DNA of 64,000 nt from an uncultured Acidobacteriaceae bacterium (GTDB taxonomy: Bacteria; Acidobacteriota; Terriglobia; Terriglobales; Acidobacteriaceae), in contig CAVUON010000005.1 in NCBI GenBank assembly GCA_963743135.1, positions 499,732-563,731 on the forward strand, in the 5' to 3' direction. The notes under the pieces are model-generated. The model did no database searches. It worked only from the letters and a program-made list of their open reading frames with translations, and had not been told where the DNA came from. Of the stretch, positions 38,926 to 47,300 are shown piece by piece. Each line of letters opens with the position of its first letter. The stretch's first letter is position 1. The translations under genes were made by a program, and so were the position numbers.

Positions 38926-39156
38926 GCGTGCCGTCCTTTCGCTGGACAGGTTTCCGGAATTCGATCACGGCCACCTATCCTTTGAATGGGGCGAAGTATA
39001 GGTCTTATTATCCCGATTAAACGGAAAAGTTTTGCATATATAGAGAGTAGTTATTACCTATAAGTAGTTAGAGTCATTGTTGTCTAGTTATTGGCTTATT
39101 GATCTGGGTGCAGCGAACTCGCCGGGATCACGTTACAGCGAGCGCGGTGATACTCG

Positions 39157-39400
39157 GTTACTCCCGGCGGAGGTCGATCATGGAGTCTACCTTTGCAGAG
39201 TGGCGGGCTGGGACCCGGGTTGCTATTACGGTTACGGCTAAGAGAAACCCGGGGGCGCGGGATCGATTGGGCTAGAATTCCGGCATGCACGAGGATCGAT
39301 TCGCCGACTTCCTGAGTTGGGGACACGGCGGGGAGAATGTCTATTCCCGGGCGGGTTTGGTTGATCCTCGAACCTCTGTTTAGTTTTCTATCGCTGGGGT
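39157..39400 (-). pseudogene. Decayed FtsX/ADOP permease C-terminal remnant
   Basis: The minus strand reads ...PGFLLAVTVIATRVPARHSAKVDSMIDLRRE-stop (stop at 39157-39159). This matches the family C-terminus (PARRAAKVDPMxALRxE). Upstream, AVSPTQ (cf. GVSPTD) appears in another frame. The 5' limit is approximate. Confidence 0.5.
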
Positions 39401-39416
39401 ACCCGCGTCCGACGGG

Positions 39417-39788
39417 TTAATGTTGCGAGAGCGAGAGCACGTTTCCATCAGGATCGCGGAACCATGCTATCCGGGCGCCACCGGGCGATGTCCAGATGCC
39501 GAGATCATTCTGGGTGAGGCCGGAGTAGCGCTGAAACGAGACTCCCCGGGCAGCGAGAGTTCTTACTTCCTCTTCGATGTTTTGCACGCGCCAGCCGAGA
39601 ATGGTGAACGGGGCGGGCGTGAACTCATTGATCTTAGTGATTCGGATTACGGTTTGGCGAGACTCTACAACCAGCGCGAACTGGTCGTCGCTTATGACTC
39701 GCAAACCCAGAACACCTTCGTAGAAGGCACGCGCCGGCACCGCATCTTTGGTTGGGATAAAACCCATCACATCGCCTTCAGATAGCAT
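39417..39788 (-). CDS. VOC/glyoxalase-family protein
   Basis: FYEGVLGL ... WFRDPDGNVLSL glyoxalase/bleomycin-resistance fold signature. Confidence 0.75.
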   Translation of the reverse strand: MLSEGDVMGFIPTKDAVPARAFYEGVLGLRVISDDQFALVVESRQTVIRITKINEFTPAPFTILGWRVQNIEEEVRTLAARGVSFQRYSGLTQNDLGIWTSPGGARIAWFRDPDGNVLSLSQH

Positions 39789-39981
39789 GATTTTCCTTTC
39801 GGAGCTGCCGGTCGTCCGATGACCGGCAACATGATCGTATGCTTTGTGAAGGCGCGCATCTTTCGATATTGTGACAATTTATGCCGGAAAAGCGTCACGG
39901 GTGGGGCCTAAGTGTTCCTCGGCATTTTCGCATGGCGCACCACGCCGCTTTGCACCGGATTATCTTGCGTATTCGTGGGAT

Positions 39982-40731
39982 TCAGTCGCGGCCGCGGACC
40001 TTTGAGAGCAGCCTGAGGATCTCGAGGTAGAGCCAGACGAGCGTGACCATTAGGCCGAACGCTCCATACCACTCCATATATTTGGGGGCGCGGGCCTGGA
40101 CTCCGGTCTCGATGAAGTCGAAGTCGAGGATGAGGTTGAGGGCGGCCACGATGACGATGACGACGCTAAAGCCTATGCCGATGGCTCCGGAGCCGTTGAT
40201 CGCGCCGAAGTGAAATCCGAAGAAGCCGAGGACGATTTCCGCGATGTAGAAGAGGGCGATGGCTCCGGTGGCGGCGACGATGCCGAGGCGGAGCTTTTGC
40301 GTGACGGGAATGAGATGGGAGCGGTAGGCGAGCAGCAGGACGAACATGGTTCCGAAGGTGAGGGCGACGGACTCCATGGCGATTCCGGGATAGCGCACCT
40401 CAAAGACGGCGGAGATGCTGCCGAGGGCGAGGCCTTCGAGCAGGGCATAGATGGGCGCGGTGAAGGGAGCCCATGTCCTTTTGAAGATGGTGGCGAGAGC
40501 GAAGATGAAGCCGCCGATGAGGCCGGTCCAGAGCAGCGGGAGGACGGCAGCGGCGGAGTGGGTCTGCATGAATGTGTGCCACGCGAAGGCGGCTGTGGCG
40601 GCGGCACAGAGCAGAAGGATTCCGGTTTTGTTCACGGTGCCGTTAAGGGTCATGGCTTCGTCGAGGGCTACCGGCTGGCCCTGGAAGATTTTTGAATTCA
40701 AGGCGGGATTTGAAGTTTTCATTAGTGCCAT
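39982..40731 (-). CDS. Bax inhibitor-1/YccA-like membrane protein (BaxI_1 type)
   Basis: N-terminal SNPAL motif, 7 TM segments, charged C-terminus. Confidence 0.75.
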   Translation of the reverse strand: MALMKTSNPALNSKIFQGQPVALDEAMTLNGTVNKTGILLLCAAATAAFAWHTFMQTHSAAAVLPLLWTGLIGGFIFALATIFKRTWAPFTAPIYALLEGLALGSISAVFEVRYPGIAMESVALTFGTMFVLLLAYRSHLIPVTQKLRLGIVAATGAIALFYIAEIVLGFFGFHFGAINGSGAIGIGFSVVIVIVAALNLILDFDFIETGVQARAPKYMEWYGAFGLMVTLVWLYLEILRLLSKVRGRD

Positions 40732-40788
40732 GGTCGTTCTCCTTGCTGGTTCTATTCTATCGCCCGCATTATTTTAGGCTTCGCGCGA

Positions 40789-42759
40789 TCAGGGCTCCGC
40801 GGTTACGAGGGGAAGCTCGATGAAGCTGGCTTGATCGGGTGAGTGGTAGATGCGCTCCGTGGCTTTTTTGTAGTCGGAGGATTGGGCGAAGAAGATGTTG
40901 GGCACGTAGGTTTGCGGGTTGCGGTCGTAGAGAGGGAACCAGCTGGACTGCACCTGCACCATGATGCGGTGTCCGGGCAGGAAGACGTGGTTTGCCGTAG
41001 GCAACGCGAATTTGTAGAGCAGCGGAGTGTCAGGTGTGATGGCCCGGGGCTGGGAGAGGCTTTCGCGATAGCGTCCCCGGAAGATATCCATGGCGATGGC
41101 GAGCTGATAGCCGCCGAGTTCGGGCTGTCCGGCGACTTCGTCGGGATACACGTCGATGAGCTTGACGACCCAATCGCTGTCGGTTCCGGAGGTTGAGGCG
41201 ATGAGGTGGACGATGGGCTCTCCGCTGATTTTTACGGGATCGGTGAGGACCGCGGTTTTATAGGTGAGGACATCGGTGCGTCCGGAGAACCCGCGCTGAT
41301 CGTCGACGAGCCAGCGTACCCAGGAGAGATTAGGCGTGTAGCCGATGGGTTGGTTGGGGCGCGCGCGGAAGGGAACAGGCTTGGCAGGATCGGAGATGTA
41401 TTCGTCGAAGGAGTTCGTGGTTGGGGCGGTGAAGGCGAGCTCTCCGTTGGATTGCAGATAGAGTGGTGTGGGCTTTGGGGTGCAGCCGTCTTTGACTTTG
41501 GAGGAGCAGCCGGAGGGCCAGGTTTCGAGCTGCTCCCAGCGATCGGTGCCGGTTTCAAATGCGTTGACGGGCGCGAGGTTGAGCGGGGGCGCGTTGTCCT
41601 GTAGATAGTGGGCCAGGAAAGGCGCGAGGAGGTGCTCGCGGAAGTAGAGGCCAGTGTCGCTGTTGAAGTTGATTGCGCCGAGGGACGAGGCGTTCTCGAT
41701 CTCCTGCCCGTGGTGCCAGGGGCCGAGGACGAGATAGAGATCGTGGTCGGTATCCTTTGGCTGCAGCGCCTTGTAGACGGCGATGGCTCCGTAGATGTCT
41801 TCCTGATCCCAGAGGCTGGCCACGATCATTGTGGGCACGGTGAAGGGCTGCGCGGCGAGAACGCGGTCGACGGCCTGATCGCTCCAGAAACTGTCGTATG
41901 CGGGATGCGCGATGATCTTGTTCCAGAAGCCGATTTGATCCATGTTGCGCTGCTTGCCGAGTTCTCCGGCGGATACGGCGTTCATGTACGTGTCGTAGTC
42001 GTCGTAATTGCTGGTGAGCCAGAGGTCGGAGTTGTCGCGGGTGGCGGTCTGCTCGTAGATGTAGGGCATGCCCTGCTCGCGGAAGGCTCCGTTGTGGAAC
42101 CAGTCGTCACCGCGCCAGCCGTCAACCATGGGGTTCATGGGGACGACGCACTTGAGGGCAGGGTGCGGATGGACAAGCGGCATGAGGGAGAGGAATCCGT
42201 CATAGGAGATGCCGAGTACGCCTACTTTTCCATTGGACTCGGGGATGTTCTTTACGAGCCAGTCGATGGTGTCGTAAGTGTCGGTTGATTCATCGACGGG
42301 AGTGGGGTTCAGCGGGCCGTGGATGGGGCGGTTCATTACATAGTCGCCCTCGCTGCCGTACTTGCCGCGAATGTCTTGCACGACGCGAATGTATCCGCCC
42401 TGAACGATGGTTTCGACCGCGTTGTCGTATCCCCAGAGGGCTGTGCCGAGGTGCTGACTGGGCGCGTTGCTGGTGAGCGCGGTTGCATTGTACGGCGTGC
42501 GGGTGAGCAGGATGCCGGCGTGCTTGGCTCCTTTGGGAACGAGGATGACGGTGTGCAGGCGGACGCCGTCGCGCATGGGGATCATTACATCGCGGCGCTC
42601 GAAGTCCATGCCGTAGGTTGGCGGGTGGAAGTTTTGTGGCGTCTCGCTGGGGTAGTTGGGATATTGCGGCTTAGTTTGTGCGTGCGCGATTGCGGTGATG
42701 AGCAAAAACGGAAACAGCGCTATCGCGGAAGGTAAGAGCCAACGTGCGGTCTTCTCCAT
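40789..42759 (-). CDS. CocE/NonD-family hydrolase (peptidase S15, Xaa-Pro dipeptidyl-peptidase-like), secreted
   Basis: Signal peptide. IPMRDGVRLHT...LTRTPYNA, GISYDG nucleophile, C-terminal beta-sandwich domain. Confidence 0.8.
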   Translation of the reverse strand: MEKTARWLLPSAIALFPFLLITAIAHAQTKPQYPNYPSETPQNFHPPTYGMDFERRDVMIPMRDGVRLHTVILVPKGAKHAGILLTRTPYNATALTSNAPSQHLGTALWGYDNAVETIVQGGYIRVVQDIRGKYGSEGDYVMNRPIHGPLNPTPVDESTDTYDTIDWLVKNIPESNGKVGVLGISYDGFLSLMPLVHPHPALKCVVPMNPMVDGWRGDDWFHNGAFREQGMPYIYEQTATRDNSDLWLTSNYDDYDTYMNAVSAGELGKQRNMDQIGFWNKIIAHPAYDSFWSDQAVDRVLAAQPFTVPTMIVASLWDQEDIYGAIAVYKALQPKDTDHDLYLVLGPWHHGQEIENASSLGAINFNSDTGLYFREHLLAPFLAHYLQDNAPPLNLAPVNAFETGTDRWEQLETWPSGCSSKVKDGCTPKPTPLYLQSNGELAFTAPTTNSFDEYISDPAKPVPFRARPNQPIGYTPNLSWVRWLVDDQRGFSGRTDVLTYKTAVLTDPVKISGEPIVHLIASTSGTDSDWVVKLIDVYPDEVAGQPELGGYQLAIAMDIFRGRYRESLSQPRAITPDTPLLYKFALPTANHVFLPGHRIMVQVQSSWFPLYDRNPQTYVPNIFFAQSSDYKKATERIYHSPDQASFIELPLVTAEP

Positions 42760-42838
42760 GGGTAGAACCTTTCTGGAATCAGCGGGACGTCTCGATCATA
42801 GTAGCGCGGGGAGAACGAGTTTAGTCCGAGGGCGACCA

Positions 42839-45418
42839 TCAGCGGACTCCGCTTATGGTGTAGAGGTCGAAGAGGTTGAGGTGGTAGTGGTAGGCGTAGC
42901 TTTTTCCGTCGGGCGTGAGCATTAGATTTTCGGTCTGCAGGCCTGCGATGGGCGGCGTGGAAATTTCGCTCCACGCGCTGCGCGCTCCGGTTCGTGGATC
43001 GAGTTTATCGACATGGACCGTCATGATGCCCGGTTTCTGCGGGGGCGCGACGTAGAGGCGATTATCGGCGGCCCAGCCCACGGGGTTATCGCCCGGCCGG
43101 AGGCCCTTGACGGGGATGGGCGGGCCGCCGTCGATGGGCACAAGAAGCGACAGCGCGGTGTTCTGCAGGCTTCCAGCGAGGAGCCACTTGCCGTCCGGTG
43201 AAACCTGCCAACCGACGATGTTTTCGGGCGTGATGGGCCGTGGGCTGCCGCCACTGACGTCCTGCATCCATGCGCGCGGAGGATGTCCGGCCTGCTGGGC
43301 GATGTAGATGACGTGCTTGCCGTCGGGAAAGAAGCCGCCGGCGATGATTACCGGGGCGAGGCTGGGAGGCGAGAGACGGCGTGGTTCGCCGGGACCCACG
43401 GGCAGCAGCCAGATCTGGTTGATCGGCTCGGTGAGCTTCTGGGAGAGCGCCCAGTTTTTGTCGGGCGAGAGCGCGAGCCCGTAGCCTTCGCCGATGGGGA
43501 TGGCGGGCGAGCCGTCTGTGCCGCGCACGTACACGGTGTAGTTCTTCGATTCAGCGCCCTCCTCTTCGAACAAGATCATCTTGCCGTCGTTGCTGATGCC
43601 GCGGAGTTCGCCGTAGTCGAGCCAGGAGAGATCGCGCTGCGCAGTTCCGTTTGAGCCGACAATTCCGTGGCGGACGATGCCTTGCTCGGCGAGAAGCTGC
43701 CCGTTGGCGGCGATGTCGCGGAGAAAGAGGCGACCGGGAACGGAGAAGACCTCGCGGGTCTTTCCGGAAACAGACACGGCGTGGATCCGTCCGGTCTCGA
43801 GCGGAGAGGTAAACCAGACTTCATTACCGGAGGGCGTCCAGGCCAGGCCCTCCGCGCTCTCATAGAGCAGGCTGGTGGCGACTTTTCTTCCGTCGGTGCG
43901 CAAAATGACGGCGGTCCCGCGATCGTCGCTGGGGTCACTGTGAGTGATAAAGGCGAGGTAGCGTCCGTCAGGCGAAAACCGCAGACTGGTGATGGCTTGA
44001 TCGCTATAGAGCACTTTGCCGATGGGGTATTCGACCTGGCAGAGAGGTTTGTCGGGCAGATAGCGCACGATGGCCAGCGAAGAGTCGCTGGGGTTGTAGT
44101 CAGCGGATTGGACGTTTTCGATTTCGGGTTTGGGAGCGCCGCCGCCGTTGGAGACTCGCGCAAGGGTTCCGGGAGCGAGATAGCTGAATAGCGGCGCTTT
44201 GGGAGCGAGCGCCACGGCGATCTCGCCCTGTTTTGAGACGGCGAGGAGGCGCGCATTGTCGACGCCGAACGGATGTCCGCCGGACCCATCAACCGAAGCG
44301 ATGTAGATCGCGGGATCCGCTCCCTCCCAGGCGGCGGTGTAGAGGACGCTCCGGCCGTCAGACATGAAGCGGGCGTCGGTGATGGCTCCGCGACGGTACG
44401 TCAGTTGATGGAACTGGGCAGCGGAGACAGGACGCCGCGCCGCGATCAGCCATGCGGCGAGGCCCGCGGCGAGGGCCAGTGCGGCTACCGCGGCGGCGAG
44501 CGGCCATTTCCGGTTTAGTTTTGCTTTTGCGGCGGGTTGACCTGCGGAGGGCGTGAGGTTGGAGGCGGATTCTAGATCGAAGCCGAGATCGCGGGCGGAC
44601 TGGAAGCGCTGGTCGGGAGATTTTTCGAGGCAGTGGCGGACGGTGCGATCGAGCGCGGGAGGGATCTGGCTTCCGGATTCAATTAACTCGGGTGGATCTT
44701 CGTTGAGGATGGCCGTCATGGTCTCTGCCGTAGTGTCGCGTTTGAAGGCGCGCGCGCCGGTGAGCATCTCGTAGAGGACGGCGCCGAAGCTGAAGATGTC
44801 GGTGCGGCAGTCGACGGCGGCCCCGCGGACCTGCTCGGGCGACATGTAGCCGGCTGTGCCCATGACGGTTCCGGCGTCGGTGGCTGGTCCGGCCACGCGG
44901 ATGGTCTCGTCGGTGAGCGGAGCGGAACGTTCCGTTCGGGCTACGGTCTTCGCGAGGCCGAAGTCGAGGATCTTAACCTGGCCGTCGCGGGTGATGAAGA
45001 TGTTGTCGGGCTTGAGATCGCGATGGGCAATGTCTTTGCAATGGGCGGCGGCGAGGCCGTTGGCGATCTGGATGGCGTAGTTGACGGATTTGCGGTGGGA
45101 AGGGACGCCGTGCTCGAGGAATTCGCGGAGGCTTTCGCCCTGGAGCAGCTCGGTGACGAGAAAGTGCATGCCGTTGTGCTGGCCGATGTCGTGGACGCCG
45201 AGGATGTTGGGATGGCTGAGGGCTGCGACAGCTCGCGCCTCCTGCTCGAAGCGGCGAAGACGGTCGGGGTCTGCGGCGATGGACGCGGGGAGAATTTTGA
45301 CTGCGACTTCGCGTCCGAGACGGGTGTCGCGCGCTTTGTAGACTTCGCCCATGCCGCCCGCGCCGATGAGGGCGACGATCTCGTAGGGTCCTAGACGTGC
45401 GCCGGGAGCGATGGTCAT
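42839..45418 (-). CDS. Ser/Thr protein kinase with TM and C-terminal TolB-like beta-propeller
   Basis: GAGGMGEVYKA, HRDLKPDN, DFGLA, GYMSPE kinase motifs. One TM, then WD40-like/TolB repeats. Confidence 0.85.
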   Translation of the reverse strand: MTIAPGARLGPYEIVALIGAGGMGEVYKARDTRLGREVAVKILPASIAADPDRLRRFEQEARAVAALSHPNILGVHDIGQHNGMHFLVTELLQGESLREFLEHGVPSHRKSVNYAIQIANGLAAAHCKDIAHRDLKPDNIFITRDGQVKILDFGLAKTVARTERSAPLTDETIRVAGPATDAGTVMGTAGYMSPEQVRGAAVDCRTDIFSFGAVLYEMLTGARAFKRDTTAETMTAILNEDPPELIESGSQIPPALDRTVRHCLEKSPDQRFQSARDLGFDLESASNLTPSAGQPAAKAKLNRKWPLAAAVAALALAAGLAAWLIAARRPVSAAQFHQLTYRRGAITDARFMSDGRSVLYTAAWEGADPAIYIASVDGSGGHPFGVDNARLLAVSKQGEIAVALAPKAPLFSYLAPGTLARVSNGGGAPKPEIENVQSADYNPSDSSLAIVRYLPDKPLCQVEYPIGKVLYSDQAITSLRFSPDGRYLAFITHSDPSDDRGTAVILRTDGRKVATSLLYESAEGLAWTPSGNEVWFTSPLETGRIHAVSVSGKTREVFSVPGRLFLRDIAANGQLLAEQGIVRHGIVGSNGTAQRDLSWLDYGELRGISNDGKMILFEEEGAESKNYTVYVRGTDGSPAIPIGEGYGLALSPDKNWALSQKLTEPINQIWLLPVGPGEPRRLSPPSLAPVIIAGGFFPDGKHVIYIAQQAGHPPRAWMQDVSGGSPRPITPENIVGWQVSPDGKWLLAGSLQNTALSLLVPIDGGPPIPVKGLRPGDNPVGWAADNRLYVAPPQKPGIMTVHVDKLDPRTGARSAWSEISTPPIAGLQTENLMLTPDGKSYAYHYHLNLFDLYTISGVR

Positions 45419-45641
45419 GGAGTGGAGAAATTATAAGGGATTGAAGGCGTCGGAGATTTGTGTAGTCGTCCCTTTAGCAGGAATAATCAGGAACACAGGC
45501 CATACCTGAACGGCTTTCTTGTCAATTGGGGTGCGCTCCTGTCAATGTAGATTCTTCAAATTTGTTCAGTGCGCTTTTGTCCAAAGACACCGGCATGTCC
45601 GTCTATCTATTTGAGGGAGTAGACTTGTACGCGCTCGGAGG

Positions 45642-46313
45642 ATGCTCATGCTCTACCGCAGAGGTTTCGTTGTTTCGGTGATGCTTGTTTGCTGTCTATT
45701 TGCGAACGGCAAAGACAAGAAGAAGGCCTTGCTTCCGGTTGATGTTCTTCAGGCGCAAACGGTTCTGGTGATGGTCGATCAAGACGCTGGAGTTGACATA
45801 CAAGATCCGAATGCCAACCGCATTGCCCGGGAAAACGTGGAGCAGGCTCTTGTGAAATGGGGACGGCTGAAGCCGTTGCCCGGCGGTTCGACTGCGGATC
45901 TGATTATTGTTATTCGCAAGGGCAACGGCAAGGCGGCGCAACCTACGATCGGCGGTACGCCCGTAAACCAAACCCCTCCGGTGATCGGGCAGTCGACCGG
46001 TTCGACGACGCAGATTGGTGGCCGGGCGGGGAATGCGCCGCCCTGCGATGTGTCTGACCCACGATGCGGTGGCTCGGATAGTGAATCTCCACTCAACGCT
46101 GGACCTAGCCTTTCAGGTCCTCACCCGCAGATGGATGTGGGTTCAACACAAGACATGTTTGCTGTTTATCGCGGTGGCCCCGATCCGCTCGACGCTCCAG
46201 CCGTGTGGCGCTATACCGCGAAGGGCGCACTGGATGCTCCGGATGTTCCGGCGGTCGAGGCATTCCGAAAGCTGGTTGCAGAATCGGAGAAGCAACTCGC
46301 CAATAAGCCATAA
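45642..46313 (+). CDS. Hypothetical secreted/lipoprotein-like protein
   Basis: ORF with a hydrophobic N-terminus (VVSVMLVCCLFANG). No family recognised. Confidence 0.5.
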   Translation: MLMLYRRGFVVSVMLVCCLFANGKDKKKALLPVDVLQAQTVLVMVDQDAGVDIQDPNANRIARENVEQALVKWGRLKPLPGGSTADLIIVIRKGNGKAAQPTIGGTPVNQTPPVIGQSTGSTTQIGGRAGNAPPCDVSDPRCGGSDSESPLNAGPSLSGPHPQMDVGSTQDMFAVYRGGPDPLDAPAVWRYTAKGALDAPDVPAVEAFRKLVAESEKQLANKP

Positions 46314-46339
46314 TCTGCAGATGCGTGTCGTGCCGCGCG

Positions 46340-46520
46340 TCACATGCCGTCGTAGTTGGGGCCTCCTCCGCCCTCTGGTGGTGCCCGGTCGATGACCTGA
46401 TTGGGGTCCGATTCTAAGTCTTGTCTCACGGGCGAGGCGCTGATGGACGCAGTGATCGTAAATTTTTGCGTGTGCGTTCGCTTCCTGTCCCATGTCTTCG
46501 ACCTGGGCACCTCGGCTTCG
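46340..46520 (-). pseudogene. Remnant of the 3' end of an ETF-QO gene
   Basis: 46340-46410 aligns with 47301-47371 (stop codon plus ...PPEGGGGPNYDGM), most positions identical by eye. Further upstream only patchy similarity with indels (CVH of the 4Fe-4S motif is in another frame). Confidence 0.65.
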
Positions 46521-46592
46521 TGGTTGAACATAGTTTTGTGGTCTCTCACCCTTGTCGCCAAAAGCGCGTCAAAGATGGGGCTCGCGCGACCT

Positions 46593-47282
46593 TTATCGCA
46601 TCAGCTCGATGACTCCGGCCTGGCCCGCGACGAGAGCCAGGTTGGCCATGTTCAGAAAGAGTCCGTGCTCTACGACACCAATTATGGAGTCTATCTGCTC
46701 CGCAATCTTCTCCGGGCTTTCCATTCTCATGCCCGAACACTCCAATAGCAGATTGCCTTCATCAGTAATGTATTGGGAACCGTCAACATTCGTGCGGATT
46801 GTGACCTCGGGAAATCCAAGCTTGCGAAGCTCGCGGCTGACCAATGGGGCGGCCATCTGAATCACTTCGACGGGCAGGGGAGCGGCACCAAGCATCTCGA
46901 CGACTTTGGACTCATCTGCCACGATGACGAAGCGCTTCGACGCGCTGGCGACGATTTTCTCGCGAAGGAGCTTCCCTCCTCCTCCTTTAATAAGTGCCAG
47001 TCCGGGCGCGATCTCGTCCGCGCCGTCCACGGTCAGGTCCAGTTGAGGGCACTCCTCGAATGTGACAAACGGGATGCCATAGCTGCGGCCAAGAGATTCG
47101 CTGTCAGGAGAGCTGGCGATGGCGCGGACTTTCAAGCCATGGTCACGAACCTGCTCGCCAAGCAGCCGCACCCACAGCGAGGCTGTCGATCCCGATCCAA
47201 GCCCGAGGGTCATACCGGGTCGAACCAAATTGAGAGCCCGCCGGGCAGCCTTGAATTTCAACTCTTCCTGCTCACTCGTCAT
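46593..47282 (-). CDS. rpiA: Ribose-5-phosphate isomerase A
   Basis: GLGSGST, DGADE, KGGGG, EHGLF motifs. Confidence 0.9.
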   Translation of the reverse strand: MTSEQEELKFKAARRALNLVRPGMTLGLGSGSTASLWVRLLGEQVRDHGLKVRAIASSPDSESLGRSYGIPFVTFEECPQLDLTVDGADEIAPGLALIKGGGGKLLREKIVASASKRFVIVADESKVVEMLGAAPLPVEVIQMAAPLVSRELRKLGFPEVTIRTNVDGSQYITDEGNLLLECSGMRMESPEKIAEQIDSIIGVVEHGLFLNMANLALVAGQAGVIELMR

Positions 47283-47300
47283 GCTCTACTCCCGCAGTTA

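Noticed and set aside
38333-38974. Two heavily overlapping minus-strand ORFs (38333-38974 and 38386-38925), possibly genuine overlapping genes or a programmed frameshift
   Set aside because: Each frame gives protein-like sequence only over part of its length. Joining them at the G-runs yields one coherent secreted protein. No slippery heptamer or downstream structure typical of programmed frameshifting was seen.
39100-39416. GC-rich ORF-less segment considered as a structured ncRNA (tmRNA, RNase P, SRP, 6S) or riboswitch; it contains an 8-bp inverted repeat CCCGGGTT...AACCCGGG
   Set aside because: No conserved motifs of those RNAs are present. The six-frame translation instead reveals a decayed FtsX-permease C-terminus, which explains the sequence better.
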